In this document: in pieces, positions 1-10,898 of the stretch
How positions within the stretch are numbered: position 1 is the stretch's first letter
Layout: every line of letters starts with the position of its first letter
From: Ruminococcaceae bacterium UBA3220
Lineage (GTDB): Bacteria > Bacillota > Clostridia > Oscillospirales > Acutalibacteraceae
Assembly: GCA_002363095.1 (NCBI GenBank)
Contig: DEWC01000111.1
Span: 5,165 to 69,164 of the forward strand
Direction: 5' to 3'
DNA length: 64,000 nt
Made by a program: the position numbers and the translations under genes
Notes under the pieces: generated by a model
What the model was told of the DNA's origin: nothing
Database searches by the model: none
Seen by the model: the letters and a program-made list of their open reading frames with translations, nothing else

Positions 1-171
1 AAAGGTCTTCGTCGCAGTGATGGCACATATATTAGATTTGATGAAAATGCGGCTGTTCTTATCCGTGATGATAAGAACCCGAGAGGAACCCGTATTTTCG
101 GGCCAGTAGCCCGTGAGCTTCGCGACAATGAATATACAAAAATCTTGTCGCTCGCTCCGGAAGTACTTTAA
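1..171 (+). CDS. rplN: 50S ribosomal protein L14, C-terminal part (5' end outside window)
   Basis: Frame 1 reads [56 protein letters not shown] then TAA at 169-171; sits directly before L24/L5. Confidence 0.85.
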   Translation, partial: KGLRRSDGTYIRFDENAAVLIRDDKNPRGTRIFGPVARELRDNEYTKILSLAPEVL

Positions 172-188
172 TGGGAGGTAAACGGAAA

Positions 189-530
189 ATGAGTAAACTT
201 CACATTAAAACCGGTGATACCGTTACATTACTTACCGGAGATAAAAAAGACCGCAAAACCGACGGCGGCAAAATGAAGACAGGTAAGGTTCTTCAGGTTG
301 CTCCGAAGGAGGGCAAGGTTATAGTTGAAGGCCTTAATAAGGTTAAAAAGCATGTTAAGCCGAAAAAGGCAGGAGACCCTTCCGGTATCATTGAGACCGA
401 AAGCGCAATCTACGCCTGCAAGCTTCAGCTTGTTTGCCCTAAATGCGGAAAAGCCACCAGAGTAGGCACAAAAGTCTATGAGGACGGCAGAAAAGACCGC
501 GTTTGCAAGAAGTGCGGCGAAACTTTTTAA
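189..530 (+). CDS. rplX: 50S ribosomal protein L24 (carries CxxC...CxxC near C-terminus)
   Basis: ORF 171-530; ATG 189 follows GGAGG at 174-178; KOW-type MSKLHIKTGDTV...VIVEGLNKVKKH; order L14-L24-L5. Confidence 0.93.
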   Translation: MSKLHIKTGDTVTLLTGDKKDRKTDGGKMKTGKVLQVAPKEGKVIVEGLNKVKKHVKPKKAGDPSGIIETESAIYACKLQLVCPKCGKATRVGTKVYEDGRKDRVCKKCGETF

Positions 531-548
531 GAGTAAGGAGGACATGAC

Positions 549-1088
549 ATGTCAGTGTTGTCAAATGAATACAAGCAATCAATTGCTCCGGCACTACAGA
601 AAAAATTCAACTACAAGAGCGTCATGCAGATTCCGAAGCTCGAAAAGGTTGTTATAAATGTAGGCTGCGGCGAGGCAAAGGATAACGCAAAGGTTATTGA
701 CGCTGCTATTACCGACCTCGGTAAAATTACCGGTCAAAAAGCCGTTCCCTGCCGTGCAAAGAAATCGGTTGCTAACTTTAAGCTCCGTACCGGAATGCCT
801 ATCGGCGTTAAGGTTACGCTTCGAGGCGAGAGAATGTATGAATTTGTCGAGAGACTTTTCAACACCGCTCTTCCCCGCGTAAGAGACTTCAGAGGTATCA
901 ACCCTGACGCTTTTGACGGTCGCGGCAATTATGCCATGGGCGTCAAGGAGCAGTTGATTTTCCCTGAAATCGACTACGATAAGATAGACAAAGTAAGAGG
1001 TATGGACATTATTTTTGTTACTACCGCAAAGACAGATGAAGAAGCTCGTGAGTTATTATCTCTTATGGGCGCTCCGTTTGCAAGATAA
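549..1088 (+). CDS. rplE: 50S ribosomal protein L5
   Basis: 179 aa; [24 protein letters not shown] and RDFRG motifs typical of L5; operon position. Confidence 0.95.
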   Translation: MSVLSNEYKQSIAPALQKKFNYKSVMQIPKLEKVVINVGCGEAKDNAKVIDAAITDLGKITGQKAVPCRAKKSVANFKLRTGMPIGVKVTLRGERMYEFVERLFNTALPRVRDFRGINPDAFDGRGNYAMGVKEQLIFPEIDYDKIDKVRGMDIIFVTTAKTDEEARELLSLMGAPFAR

Positions 1089-1100
1089 GGAGAAGGAATT

Positions 1101-1286
1101 ATGGCTAAAACATCTATGAAGGTTAGACAGGCACGCCCTGCTAAGTTTTCTACAAGACAGTATAACAGATGCAAAATCTGTGGCCGCCCGCATGCTTATC
1201 TTCGTAAATACGGCATCTGCCGTATATGTTTCCGCGAGCTTGCCTACAAAGGTGAGATTCCGGGCATAAAGAAAGCAAGCTGGTAA
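1101..1286 (+). CDS. rpsN: 30S ribosomal protein S14, short zinc-binding type Z
   Basis: 61 aa; [23 protein letters not shown] has two CxxC pairs; lies between L5 and S8. Confidence 0.95.
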   Translation: MAKTSMKVRQARPAKFSTRQYNRCKICGRPHAYLRKYGICRICFRELAYKGEIPGIKKASW

Positions 1287-1332
1287 GGTAAAAAGTAATG
1301 ACAGGTTTCATTACTAGAAGGAGGTTTACGGT

Positions 1333-1731
1333 ATGCAAATCACCGATACGATAGCCGATATGCTTACGAGAATCCGTAATGCATCGGCAGCAAAACACGA
1401 TTCGGTAGATGTACCCGCATCAAAGGTAAAGAAGGCAATTGCCCAGATTTTGCTTGATGAAGGCTACATCAGCAGCTTTGCCGTTGAGGAAGACGGCAAA
1501 CAGGGCGTAATTCATATTGTATTGAAGTACGGTCAGAATAAGTCGCAGACTATTACCGGTATTCGCCGTGTGTCAAAACCGGGTCTGCGTATTTATACAA
1601 ACGTTGAGGATATGCCGAAGGTTATGAGAGGCCTTGGCATAGCAATCCTTTCCACCTCTAAAGGTATTATGACGGATAAGCAGGCTCGCCAAGCCAATGT
1701 CGGCGGCGAAGTTCTCGCTTACATCTGGTAA
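1333..1731 (+). CDS. rpsH: 30S ribosomal protein S8
   Basis: 132 aa; [14 protein letters not shown]-terminus characteristic of S8. Confidence 0.95.
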   Translation: MQITDTIADMLTRIRNASAAKHDSVDVPASKVKKAIAQILLDEGYISSFAVEEDGKQGVIHIVLKYGQNKSQTITGIRRVSKPGLRIYTNVEDMPKVMRGLGIAILSTSKGIMTDKQARQANVGGEVLAYIW

Positions 1732-1745
1732 GGAGGTGCAGGGGA

Positions 1746-2294
1746 ATGTCAAGAATAGGAAGAAAACCGATAGCAATTCCTGCCGGTGTTGATGTTAAGA
1801 TTGACGGCAATCATATCACCGTAAAGGGTGCTAAAGGTGAACTTTCGTACGATTTTAATCCTGATATCACCGTTGCAGTTGAGGGAACCGAGATAATCGT
1901 TACCCGTCCGAGCGATGATAAGGAACATCGTGCAATGCACGGACTCACCCGTACACTCGTTGCCAATATGGTAACCGGTGTAACCGAGGGCTACTCAAAG
2001 ACCCTTGAAATCAACGGCGTAGGTTACCGTGCTCAGAAGCAGGGAAACAATCTTGTTATGAACCTTGGTTACTCTCATCAGGTTATTGTTCCCGAGATTA
2101 AAGGTATCACTATTGAAGTACCCGGTCCGAACCAGGTAGTTATCAGTGGTGCAGATAAGCAGTTGGTTGGCCAGTTTGCAGCAGATGTTCGCAAAAAGCG
2201 TCCGCCCGAGCCGTATAAAGGCAAAGGAATTAAGTACGCCGGCGAGCACATCCGTCGCAAAGAGGGTAAAGCAGCCAAGGGCGCTAAGAAGTAA
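1746..2294 (+). CDS. rplF: 50S ribosomal protein L6
   Basis: 182 aa; [15 protein letters not shown] start typical of L6. Confidence 0.95.
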   Translation: MSRIGRKPIAIPAGVDVKIDGNHITVKGAKGELSYDFNPDITVAVEGTEIIVTRPSDDKEHRAMHGLTRTLVANMVTGVTEGYSKTLEINGVGYRAQKQGNNLVMNLGYSHQVIVPEIKGITIEVPGPNQVVISGADKQLVGQFAADVRKKRPPEPYKGKGIKYAGEHIRRKEGKAAKGAKK

Positions 2295-2312
2295 TAAAGG
2301 AGTGTTATTGAA

Positions 2313-2672
2313 ATGGTTAACAAAATTGATGGCAACAAGGCAAGACTTAAACGCCATGCCCGTGTTCGCTCAAAAATAACCGGTACAGCAGATAGACCCC
2401 GTCTTGATGTATTCCGCTCCAACAGCTACATTTACGCCCAGCTTATCGATGATGTAAACGGCGTTACACTCGCAGCCGCAGGCTCAAACGAAAAGGATTT
2501 CGGTGAGAATGCCGGCAACTGCGAAGGCGCCAAGAAGGTTGGACAGTTAATAGCAGAACGTGCCGCGAAAAAGGGTATCAGCGAAGTCGTTTTTGACCGA
2601 GGCGGATACATTTATCACGGACGCGTTAAGGAGCTTGCCGAAGGTGCCCGTGAGGGCGGCCTCAAGTTCTGA
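2313..2672 (+). CDS. rplR: 50S ribosomal protein L18
   Basis: 119 aa; [12 protein letters not shown]...[10 protein letters not shown]...YAQLIDD signature. Confidence 0.95.
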   Translation: MVNKIDGNKARLKRHARVRSKITGTADRPRLDVFRSNSYIYAQLIDDVNGVTLAAAGSNEKDFGENAGNCEGAKKVGQLIAERAAKKGISEVVFDRGGYIYHGRVKELAEGAREGGLKF

Positions 2673-2691
2673 TAAGAGGGAGGAATAACTT

Positions 2692-3195
2692 TTGGCTACA
2701 AATATTGATGCATCAACATTGGATTTGCAGGAACGCGTAGTTTCAATTAACCGTGTATCCAAAACCGTTAAAGGCGGCCGTATTATGAAGTTTGCGGCAC
2801 TCGTTGTTGTAGGCGACGGAAACGGCATAGTAGGTTTCGGTCTCGGTAAAGCGGGCGAAGTTCCGGATGCAATCCGTAAAGGTATAGAGGACGCAAAGAA
2901 AAATCTTATCAAGGTTTCTCTTAAAGGTACTACGATTCCGCACGAGATAATCGGTAAATTCGGTGCAGGCCGTGTTCTTCTTAAACCGGCTGCCCCCGGT
3001 ACCGGAGTTATCGCCGGCGGTGCTGTTCGTGCCGTTGTTGAAATTGTAGGTATCAAGGATATCCGTACAAAGGCAATGCGTTCGAATAATCCGTGCAATG
3101 TAGTTCGTGCCACTGTTGCAGGACTTGCAGCACTTCGTGACGTTGAACAGGTTGCAGCTGTCCGTGGCAAAAAGCCACAGGAAATCTTAGGTTAA
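2692..3195 (+). CDS. rpsE: 30S ribosomal protein S5
   Basis: 167 aa; TTG start after GAGGGAGG; [12 protein letters not shown] and GTGVIAGG motifs. Confidence 0.93.
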   Translation: MATNIDASTLDLQERVVSINRVSKTVKGGRIMKFAALVVVGDGNGIVGFGLGKAGEVPDAIRKGIEDAKKNLIKVSLKGTTIPHEIIGKFGAGRVLLKPAAPGTGVIAGGAVRAVVEIVGIKDIRTKAMRSNNPCNVVRATVAGLAALRDVEQVAAVRGKKPQEILG

Positions 3196-3209
3196 GGAGG
3201 AGCAGCGCT

Positions 3210-3407
3210 ATGGCTACAAAGAAAAAGGCTGCCGGCCTTACCGTTAAACTCGTAAAGAGCACGATCGGTTCCAAAAAGGACCAGATTGCAACTGCTCACG
3301 CACTTGGCCTTCGCAAGGTCGGCGATGTTTCGGTTCAGCCGGACAATGCTCAGACTCAAGGTAAGATAAACAAGATTTCGCATCTTGTATCGGTTACAAA
3401 GGCTTAA
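3210..3407 (+). CDS. rpmD: 50S ribosomal protein L30
   Basis: 65 aa; LTVKLVKSTIGSKKDQ...LGLRK pattern; position S5-L30-L15. Confidence 0.9.
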   Translation: MATKKKAAGLTVKLVKSTIGSKKDQIATAHALGLRKVGDVSVQPDNAQTQGKINKISHLVSVTKA

Positions 3408-3475
3408 AACAATTTCGTAACCTTTTAGGTTACAAACGGCGGTAAAACCGCTAATATAACAAGGAGGTGCGAACA

Positions 3476-3916
3476 ATGAAATTGCATGAATTGTCTCCTG
3501 CTTTCGGTTCTACAAAGGAATCAAAGCGTATAGGAAGAGGCCACGGTTCCGGAAACGGCAAAACTGCCGGAAAGGGACACAAGGGTCAAAAAGCTCGTGC
3601 CGGACACGGTATGAGACCCGGTTTTGAAGGCGGTCAGATGCCTTTGCAAAGACGGGTACCGAAGCGTGGCTTTAATAACATTTTCGCTGAAGAATGGTTA
3701 GCCATCAATGTTTCTGCTCTTGAAGCGTTCGAAGACGGAGCTGTTGTTGACGCCAAGGCACTTCAGGAAAAAGGAATTATCAAAAAGGCTGATAAGCCGG
3801 TTAAGGTTCTCGGAAACGGAAAATTAACTAAGAAAATCACCGTTAATCTTAACGCATTTTCTGCCTCTGCTGCTGAAAAGATAAATGCCGCAGGCGGAAA
3901 GGCTGAGGTGATTTAA
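3476..3916 (+). CDS. rplO: 50S ribosomal protein L15
   Basis: ATG 3476 about 8 nt after AGGAGG; MKLHELSP...[22 protein letters not shown] glycine-rich N-terminus. Confidence 0.93.
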   Translation: MKLHELSPAFGSTKESKRIGRGHGSGNGKTAGKGHKGQKARAGHGMRPGFEGGQMPLQRRVPKRGFNNIFAEEWLAINVSALEAFEDGAVVDAKALQEKGIIKKADKPVKVLGNGKLTKKITVNLNAFSASAAEKINAAGGKAEVI

Positions 3917-3917
3917 T

Positions 3918-5216
3918 ATGATAGAAACCATAAAAAACGCATGGAGAGTTAAAGAACTGCGAAACAAAATCCTCTTTACACTTTTCATCATCGCCATTTT
4001 CAGAATAGGTTCTGTTATCCCGGTTCCGTTTATCGATGTAAGATCTCTTTGGAACGCAAAAACTTCCAATGAATTTTTCAGTTATCTTTCGATTTTAACC
4101 GGTGGCGGACTTGAATACGGTGCTATATTTGCGATGTCGGTAACCCCCTACATCAACGCATCGATTATTATTCAGCTTTTATGTGTTGCTATCCCTGCCC
4201 TTGAACGCCTTTCAAAGGAAGGCGAGGAGGGACAGAAAAAACTCGCAACAATCACCCGTTACACAACCGTTGTTCTTTCTTTAATTCAAGGTACGGCATA
4301 TTTCTTCTATCTTAAGAATTCAAACTTCATTATGTCGGATATCGCAGCGAAGAAGGGTATGACGATTTTTGCCGCAGTTACAATCATTCTTGCCTTTACG
4401 GCAGGTTCGGCGCTTGTAATGTGGCTCGGCGAGCAGATAGATGTTAAGGGTATCGGAAACGGTATTTCAATCCTGTTGTTTGCCGGTATTTTGTCGCGCG
4501 GACCGCAGGCGTTCAGCTTGCTTGTCAATAACTTCAGCGCTCACAAGTTTGCCGTAATCGGGCTTGTAGCAGCGTTCCTCGTTGTTATCGGATTTATTGT
4601 CTGGATGACAAATGCCGAGCGCAGAATCCCGGTTCAGTATGCTAAAAGGGTTGTCGGAAACAAGATGTACGGCGGTCAAAACACCCATATTCCGATTAAG
4701 GTAAATATGTCAGGTGTTATGCCGATAATCTTCGCTTCTTCAATTCTTATGCTCCCTACGATGATTCTTTCATTTGCGGGCGACAGATACAACAATATCT
4801 ATGAGCAGCCGACATGGCATAAGGTTATGGTAATGTTCAGTACCCGCGGCGTTTTCTACGCTGTTCTCTATTTCCTCATGATTATCGCTTTTGCGTATTT
4901 CTATACGACAATTCAGTTTAATCCTGTTGAAATGGCAAACAACCTGCGTAAAAACGGCGGTTCGATTCCGGGTATCCGTCCCGGCAAGCCGACAACCGAT
5001 TTCATTTCGAAGATTTTGTCGAGAATAACGCTTCTCGGGGCTTTGTTCCTTAGTGTTATCGCCATTCTTCCTATCGCTATGGGTAATATCGGCGGAATCG
5101 GCAATATTTCAATCGGCGGTACTTCGGTACTGATTATGGTAGGCGTAGCCCTCGACACGGTTCAGAATCTTGAATCGCAAATGATGATGCGCCACTATAA
5201 AGGTTTTCTTGATTAA
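3918..5216 (+). CDS. secY: Preprotein translocase subunit SecY
   Basis: 432 aa polytopic membrane protein; LRNKILFTL, GLEYGAIFAMSVTPYINASII motifs; after rplO. Confidence 0.95.
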   Translation: MIETIKNAWRVKELRNKILFTLFIIAIFRIGSVIPVPFIDVRSLWNAKTSNEFFSYLSILTGGGLEYGAIFAMSVTPYINASIIIQLLCVAIPALERLSKEGEEGQKKLATITRYTTVVLSLIQGTAYFFYLKNSNFIMSDIAAKKGMTIFAAVTIILAFTAGSALVMWLGEQIDVKGIGNGISILLFAGILSRGPQAFSLLVNNFSAHKFAVIGLVAAFLVVIGFIVWMTNAERRIPVQYAKRVVGNKMYGGQNTHIPIKVNMSGVMPIIFASSILMLPTMILSFAGDRYNNIYEQPTWHKVMVMFSTRGVFYAVLYFLMIIAFAYFYTTIQFNPVEMANNLRKNGGSIPGIRPGKPTTDFISKILSRITLLGALFLSVIAILPIAMGNIGGIGNISIGGTSVLIMVGVALDTVQNLESQMMMRHYKGFLD

Positions 5217-5226
5217 GGTGGCTTCT

Positions 5227-5862
5227 ATGAAACTTATTCTTTTAGGAGCCCCGGGCGCCGGAAAGGGCACCCAGGCGGAGATTATATCCGAAACTTATAA
5301 AATCCCTACCGTTTCCACCGGAAACATTATTCGTGCCGCTCTTGAAAACGGCACCGAGATGGGACTTAAAGCGAAGGCATATACCGAAAAGGGTGAACTT
5401 GTTCCGGATGATGTTGTAATCGGGATAATCAAGGAACGCCTCTCGGAGGATGACTGTAAAAACGGTTTTATTCTGGACGGTTTTCCCCGTACCATTCCGC
5501 AGGCAAAGGCGCTTGACGATATGAATATTTCGGTTGACGCCGCCCTCTCAATTGAGGTTGCGGACAGCGAAATAGTTAAGCGTATGTCGGGCAGAAGGGT
5601 CTGCGAAAAATGCGGTGCGAGTTATCATACCGAGTTTAAGAAACCTCTTAAAGAGGGTGTTTGTAATTCCTGCGGCGGCAGGCTCGTTATCAGAAAGGAT
5701 GACGAACCCGAAACTGTTCTTAACAGACTTAAAGTCTTCCACGAACAGACCGAACCGTTAAAGGACTTTTACAAGGCTAAGGAAAAGTTGCTTTTAGTTG
5801 AGGGTCAGGATGATGTCAAGGACACAACCGCCTTAGTTTTAAAAGCGCTTTCGGAGTTATAA
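5227..5862 (+). CDS. adk: Adenylate kinase (zinc-lid type)
   Basis: MKLILLGAPGAGKGTQ P-loop; lid CEKCGASYH...CNSCGGRL; ATG 5227 chosen over the upstream alternative start that overlaps secY. Confidence 0.93.
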   Translation: MKLILLGAPGAGKGTQAEIISETYKIPTVSTGNIIRAALENGTEMGLKAKAYTEKGELVPDDVVIGIIKERLSEDDCKNGFILDGFPRTIPQAKALDDMNISVDAALSIEVADSEIVKRMSGRRVCEKCGASYHTEFKKPLKEGVCNSCGGRLVIRKDDEPETVLNRLKVFHEQTEPLKDFYKAKEKLLLVEGQDDVKDTTALVLKALSEL

Positions 5863-5863
5863 T

Positions 5864-6625
5864 ATGATAGTGCTTAAAACCGATCGCGAACTCAAAGTAA
5901 TGCATAAAGCATGCATTATATCGGCAAAAGCATTACAGTTAGTAGGCAATGCGGTTGAGCCCGGCATTACAACCGGCGAGCTCGATGAGATAGCCGAAAA
6001 GTTTATAAGAAGTTGCGGAGCCGTTCCGAACTTTAAAAACTATGAAGGCTATCCCGCAACCGCTTGTATATCAATCAACAACGAGGTCATTCACGGCATA
6101 CCTTCAAAGAACCGTAAAGTCTGCGCGGGCGACATTGTGAGTGTCGATTTAGGCGCGATGTTCGAAGGTTATCACGGCGATAATGCTGCCACTTTTGCCT
6201 GCGGTGAAATATCAAGCGAGGCAAAGCGGCTGATGGATGTAACAAAGCAAAGCCTTTATAAAGGAATTGCGGCGGCGCGTCCCGGCAGCAGAATCGGTGA
6301 TATCGGATATGCGGTTCAGAAATATGTCGAGGAGCGGGGATTTTCGGTGGTTCGCGACTTTGTCGGACACGGCATCGGAACAGAGATGCATGAAGCCCCC
6401 GAGGTACCTAATTTTGGCACTCCCGGCAGAGGAATACGACTGCTTCCGGGTATGACCATTGCCATAGAGCCTATGGTCAATGCCGGCAAGTACGGTGTTT
6501 CGGTCCAACCGGACGGGTGGACGGTACTCACCAAGGACGGATCCTTATCCGCGCATTTTGAACACACAATCGCCGTTACAAACAGCGGTCCTAAGATAAT
6601 GACCGACCCGGACGCCGATTTGTGA
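5864..6625 (+). CDS. map: Type I methionine aminopeptidase
   Basis: 253 aa; metal-ligand context [25 protein letters not shown]. Confidence 0.93.
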   Translation: MIVLKTDRELKVMHKACIISAKALQLVGNAVEPGITTGELDEIAEKFIRSCGAVPNFKNYEGYPATACISINNEVIHGIPSKNRKVCAGDIVSVDLGAMFEGYHGDNAATFACGEISSEAKRLMDVTKQSLYKGIAAARPGSRIGDIGYAVQKYVEERGFSVVRDFVGHGIGTEMHEAPEVPNFGTPGRGIRLLPGMTIAIEPMVNAGKYGVSVQPDGWTVLTKDGSLSAHFEHTIAVTNSGPKIMTDPDADL

Positions 6626-6654
6626 AAACAAAAATTTTAGGGAGAAAAACATTT

Positions 6655-6873
6655 ATGTCGAAATCAGATATGATAGAACTTGAAGGCACCGTTGTTGAGG
6701 CAATGCCTAACGCAATGTTCAAGGTAGAAATCCAGGGCGGACATCAGATACTTGCCCATATTTCGGGAAAACTCCGGATGAATTTCATTCGTATCCTTCC
6801 CGGCGATAAGGTAACGGTCGAAATGTCCCCGTACGACCTGTCTAAGGGACGCATAACATGGCGTTCAAAATAA
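6655..6873 (+). CDS. infA: Translation initiation factor IF-1
   Basis: 72 aa from ATG 6655; [25 protein letters not shown]...GRITWR S1-fold signature. Confidence 0.93.
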   Translation: MSKSDMIELEGTVVEAMPNAMFKVEIQGGHQILAHISGKLRMNFIRILPGDKVTVEMSPYDLSKGRITWRSK

Positions 6874-6895
6874 TAGGTAAAGATTTAGGAGGTAA

Positions 6896-7015
<120 letters not shown>

Positions 7016-7051
7016 TTTTACTCAAAACTTTAAATGGAGGTGCTTTAATAA

Positions 7052-7420
7052 ATGGCACGTATTGCTGGTGTTGACCTTCCGAACGAGAAGCGGGTTGAAA
7101 TAGGACTCACTTACATCTACGGAATCGGTCTTACAACATCTAAAAAAATCCTTGAAAGTACCGGCGTTAATCCCGATACAAGAGTAAAGGATTTGTCAGA
7201 GGAAGATATTTCCAAGCTTCGTGAGTACATCGACCATAACCTTCAGGTTGAAGGCGACCGTCGCCGTACCGTAGCTCTTGACATCAAAAGACTTATTGAA
7301 ATTGGCAGCTATCGCGGACTCAGGCACCGTAAGGGACTTCCCGTAAGAGGACAGCGTTCAAAAACAAACGCCCGTACTCGCAAGGGTCCGAAGAGAACGA
7401 TTGCTAACAAGAAAAAGTAA
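7052..7420 (+). CDS. rpsM: 30S ribosomal protein S13
   Basis: 122 aa; [10 protein letters not shown]...YIYGIG signature. Confidence 0.95.
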   Translation: MARIAGVDLPNEKRVEIGLTYIYGIGLTTSKKILESTGVNPDTRVKDLSEEDISKLREYIDHNLQVEGDRRRTVALDIKRLIEIGSYRGLRHRKGLPVRGQRSKTNARTRKGPKRTIANKKK

Positions 7421-7437
7421 GTAGGAGGAAAGAATAA

Positions 7438-7836
7438 ATGGCTACTGCTAAAAAAACGACCGGTTCCCGCCGTCGTCGTGAAAAGAAAAACATTGAACGC
7501 GGAGCGGCTCATATTCAGTCTACCTTCAACAATACAATAGTTACCATCACCGATACACAGGGCAACGCTCTTTCGTGGGCTTCCGCCGGTGAACTCGGTT
7601 TCCGTGGTTCTAAAAAGTCTACTCCTTTCGCAGCGCAGAGCGCAGCCGAAATGGCGGCAAAGGCGGCAATGGAGCACGGTCTTAAAACTGTTGAAGTTTA
7701 TGTTAAAGGTCCCGGCGCCGGGCGTGAGGCTGCTATTCGTGCGTTGCAGTCGGCAGGTTTAGAGGTTAATATGATTAAAGATGTTACCCCGATTCCTCAT
7801 AACGGCTGTCGTCCTCCCAAGAGAAGACGCGTATAA
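7438..7836 (+). CDS. rpsK: 30S ribosomal protein S11
   Basis: 132 aa; [16 protein letters not shown]...[13 protein letters not shown]. Confidence 0.95.
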   Translation: MATAKKTTGSRRRREKKNIERGAAHIQSTFNNTIVTITDTQGNALSWASAGELGFRGSKKSTPFAAQSAAEMAAKAAMEHGLKTVEVYVKGPGAGREAAIRALQSAGLEVNMIKDVTPIPHNGCRPPKRRRV

Positions 7837-7877
7837 TTAAATTAACAATTGTTACAAATTTTATGGAGGTGTAACAG

Positions 7878-8504
7878 ATGGCAAGATATACCGGTGCAGT
7901 TTGCAGACTTTGTCGCCGTGAAGGACAAAAGTTGTTCTTAAAAGGCGAGCGCTGCTATTCTGATAAATGTTCTATTGGCATAAGGGGTTATGCTCCCGGC
8001 CAGCACGGACAGGGTAGAAAAAAGTCATCCGAATATGGCTTGCAGCTTCGTGCTAAGCAGACTGCAAGACGATTCTATGGTGTTCAGGAAGGTCAGTTCC
8101 GTCATTATTTTGACGTTGCTGAAAGAAAACAGGGCGTTACAGGCGATAACCTTTTGAGAATTCTCGAAAGCCGTCTTGATAATGTTGTTTACAGGGTTGG
8201 CTTCGCTTCATCCAGAGCCGAAGCAAGACAGCTCGTGGGCCATGGCCATTTCTTGGTAAACGGTTCGCGTGTTGATATCGCTTCGTATCTCCTTAAAGCA
8301 GGTGATGTTGTTTCGGTTTGCGAAAAAGCGCGCGGCACAGAAAAGATGAAGGCTGTTATCGAAGCAAACGGTGCTAAGCCCGTTCCCGAGTGGATTGATG
8401 TTGACCGCGATAAGCTTGAGGCAAAGATTATAAATCTTCCTTCCCGCGAGCAAATCGAGGCACCTGTTGATGAACAACTCATAGTTGAGTATTATTCAAG
8501 ATAA
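7878..8504 (+). CDS. rpsD: 30S ribosomal protein S4
   Basis: 208 aa; [16 protein letters not shown]...; S4 domain [11 protein letters not shown]. Confidence 0.95.
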   Translation: MARYTGAVCRLCRREGQKLFLKGERCYSDKCSIGIRGYAPGQHGQGRKKSSEYGLQLRAKQTARRFYGVQEGQFRHYFDVAERKQGVTGDNLLRILESRLDNVVYRVGFASSRAEARQLVGHGHFLVNGSRVDIASYLLKAGDVVSVCEKARGTEKMKAVIEANGAKPVPEWIDVDRDKLEAKIINLPSREQIEAPVDEQLIVEYYSR

Positions 8505-8586
8505 TATTCATTTTATGCGGTACGGTCCGCATCTTGTATCGCATATTCATTAAAAATTCATTTAATGCGGAGAAACGGAGCTTTTA

Positions 8587-9537
8587 ATGATAGAAATTGA
8601 AAAGCCCAGAATTGAAACCCTTGAACTTACCGATGACGGTAAGTACGGTAAATTTGTAATGGAGCCTCTTGAGAGAGGCTACGCTACAACGCTCGGAAAC
8701 AGTATGAGAAGGGTTCTTCTTTCAATTCTTCCCGGTGTTGCCGTTACAACAGTTAAGATTGACGGTATTCTTCACGAATTTTCCACCGTTCCCGGTGTAA
8801 AGGAAGATGTTACCGAGATTATTCTTAACCTCAAAGGCCTTATTGCAAAGCTCCACTGCGATGAGCAGAAAAGGGTTTATATTGAAGCCGAAGGACCTTG
8901 TGTTGTTACCGCTGCCGATATTAAGGCGGATTCTGAGGTTGAAATTCTTAACCAGGATATGTATATCGCTACCCTTGGCGAGGGCGCTAAACTCAATATG
9001 GAGATGACGCTTGAAAAGGGAAGAGGTTATGTTACGGCTGACCAGAACAAGCCGGCACAGGCCGTTATCGGAGTTATTCCGGTTGACTCGATTTACACAC
9101 CTGTTCTTAAATCAAACTTTACCGTTGACAATACCCGTGTAGGTAATGTTGTCGATAAAGGCAAATTAACCCTTGAGGTTTGGACTGACGGCTCAATCTC
9201 TGCAAACGAAGCAGTTTCGCTTTCTGCAAAGATTTTGATTGAACATTTTGAACTGTTCCTTGACCTTACAGAAGGTGTCAGAGAAACCGAAGGAATCTTA
9301 TCCGAAAAGGATAATGATGAAAAGGAAAAGGTTCTTGATCTCACGATAGATGAGCTTGACCTTTCGGTAAGAAGCTATAACTGTCTTAAACGCGCAGGAA
9401 TAAATACAGTTCAAGACCTTATCGGAAAGACTGAAGAAGATATGATGAAGGTTAGAAACCTCGGAAGAAAATCTCTTGAAGAGGTTATCGCAAAACTTGA
9501 TTCGTTCGGTCATACATTAAGGAAAGAAGACGAATAA
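8587..9537 (+). CDS. rpoA: DNA-directed RNA polymerase alpha subunit
   Basis: 316 aa; [17 protein letters not shown]-terminal domain; C-terminal [17 protein letters not shown] helix-hairpin-helix. Confidence 0.95.
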   Translation: MIEIEKPRIETLELTDDGKYGKFVMEPLERGYATTLGNSMRRVLLSILPGVAVTTVKIDGILHEFSTVPGVKEDVTEIILNLKGLIAKLHCDEQKRVYIEAEGPCVVTAADIKADSEVEILNQDMYIATLGEGAKLNMEMTLEKGRGYVTADQNKPAQAVIGVIPVDSIYTPVLKSNFTVDNTRVGNVVDKGKLTLEVWTDGSISANEAVSLSAKILIEHFELFLDLTEGVRETEGILSEKDNDEKEKVLDLTIDELDLSVRSYNCLKRAGINTVQDLIGKTEEDMMKVRNLGRKSLEEVIAKLDSFGHTLRKEDE

Positions 9538-9554
9538 GAAAAGGAGTGATATAA

Positions 9555-9896
9555 ATGCCGGGTACTCGTAAACTTGGAAGAACCAGCGACCAGAGAACCG
9601 CTATGCTTAGGGCAATGGTAACCTTTCTTTTGGAAAACGGAAAGATAGAAACTACCGTTACCCGCGCTAAAGAGGTCAGGTCGATGGCGGAAAAGTATAT
9701 TACACTTGCAAAAACCGATAATCTTCACAGCAAGCGCCAGGCAATGGCTTTCATTACTAAGGAGGATGTTGTTGCAAAACTTTACAGCGAAATCGCTCCG
9801 AAGTATAAGGATGTAAACGGCGGTTATTGCCGTATCACCAAGACAGGTCCCCGTCGCGGAGACGCTGCCGAGATGGCAATTATCGAGTTAGTCTGA
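9555..9896 (+). CDS. rplQ: 50S ribosomal protein L17
   Basis: 113 aa; [17 protein letters not shown] start; last gene of the alpha operon. Confidence 0.94.
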   Translation: MPGTRKLGRTSDQRTAMLRAMVTFLLENGKIETTVTRAKEVRSMAEKYITLAKTDNLHSKRQAMAFITKEDVVAKLYSEIAPKYKDVNGGYCRITKTGPRRGDAAEMAIIELV

Positions 9897-9975
9897 GCTT
9901 AGTACTCACATTTTCATAAATCTTTTATCAGACTTCGGGAGGCACTCCCGAGATGATGTGTGTACTAAACGGTAA

Positions 9976-10015
9976 AAAACGCGGTGTCTGAGGTTTTCCT
10001 CAGGCCCCGCGTTTT
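9976..10015. terminator. Bidirectional intrinsic terminator between rplQ (+) and the lipoprotein gene (-)
   Basis: AAACGCGG-TGT-CTGAGG-TTTT-CCTCAG-GCC-CCGCGTTTT: nested GC stems flanked by A-run and T-run. Confidence 0.7.
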
Positions 10016-10037
10016 ACGCTGTTCCTTTTATGTTGTT

Positions 10038-10655
10038 TTAATCAAATCCTTTATCAAATTCCTCTTCCGATTCATTTGAAACGAAGTATTTTGCCTGACC
10101 GTCATAGTTAAGTATAAGTAAAAACAGTTCCTTATCCTCTGTCGTATCCGCAACGGTCGTCTTGAATTTCGCGTGGACCTTGAATGCTTCGTAAATCTTA
10201 TCTGTGTTAATAAAATCGTACATTTTAAAGTATTCTCTTACTTTTTCAACCTTTTTTGAATCGAGTTTTTTCGATGTTATTCCCTCAAACTCGGTTTTCA
10301 TCGCCGTAGAGCCGTAATACTCATGTCGGTAATTTAAAACATAGTCGTTGCGGTATTCAACAAACGATGTGTAATCGGTTGCTTTGTCGTCCGAGATTGA
10401 CATAAAATACTCTTTCTCGCTCTTGTTCTCGGATTTTGCTTCATATTTGTAGGCTTCCTCACCGCCGGCAAGGGTATAATTATCAACCGCTAATGTGTCC
10501 GGCTTGTTTCGGGCAATTATAAAATCTTTCGCGAATTCCACGGGCGAAATGCTTTTTACGGTTTCCTTAGCATTTTTGTTACAGGCGAGAAGCGTAAGGG
10601 CAAATATGCCTGCCAAAAAAACCGAAACTGTCTTTTTAAATTGAAAATTTCTCAT
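10038..10655 (-). CDS. Putative lipoprotein, function unknown
   Basis: 205 aa; signal peptide with lipobox FALTLLAC-N; no recognisable catalytic motif. Confidence 0.7.
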   Translation of the reverse strand: MRNFQFKKTVSVFLAGIFALTLLACNKNAKETVKSISPVEFAKDFIIARNKPDTLAVDNYTLAGGEEAYKYEAKSENKSEKEYFMSISDDKATDYTSFVEYRNDYVLNYRHEYYGSTAMKTEFEGITSKKLDSKKVEKVREYFKMYDFINTDKIYEAFKVHAKFKTTVADTTEDKELFLLILNYDGQAKYFVSNESEEEFDKGFD

Positions 10656-10799
10656 ATATATCCTTTCTGAAAAACAGTAGACTTAACATCTGTATTATAC
10701 TATAAACGCAACAATTTTACAATCAAAAGATATGTGTTCATTATGGTGGAGTCAAATATTTGCATATCCGCTATTATGAAAAATACATAAAGAAAAACA

Positions 10800-10828
10800 T
10801 TGTCAATTCTGCCCTATTATGGTATAAT
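10800..10828 (+). promoter_or_regulatory. Sigma-A type promoter (TTGTCA-17-TATAAT with TG extension)
   Basis: TTGTCA 10800-10805, 17-nt spacer ending in TGG, TATAAT 10823-10828; followed by a 9-bp leader hairpin GTATAACGGG...CCCGTATAC. Confidence 0.55.
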
Positions 10829-10898
10829 GCATTTAGTATAACGGGTGGAATTAAATTCCCGTATACGGTAGTATTTGCAAATCAAGGCATCGGAGGTA

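Noticed and set aside
2547-3170. 207-aa minus-strand ORF opposite rplR/rpsE. Similar long antisense ORFs occur at 42552-43256, 59331-60050, 40158-40844 and 17810-18355
   Set aside because: All are mirror-frame shadows of well-supported genes. Their composition is Ser/Pro/Thr/Ala/Arg-rich junk, and they have no start context.
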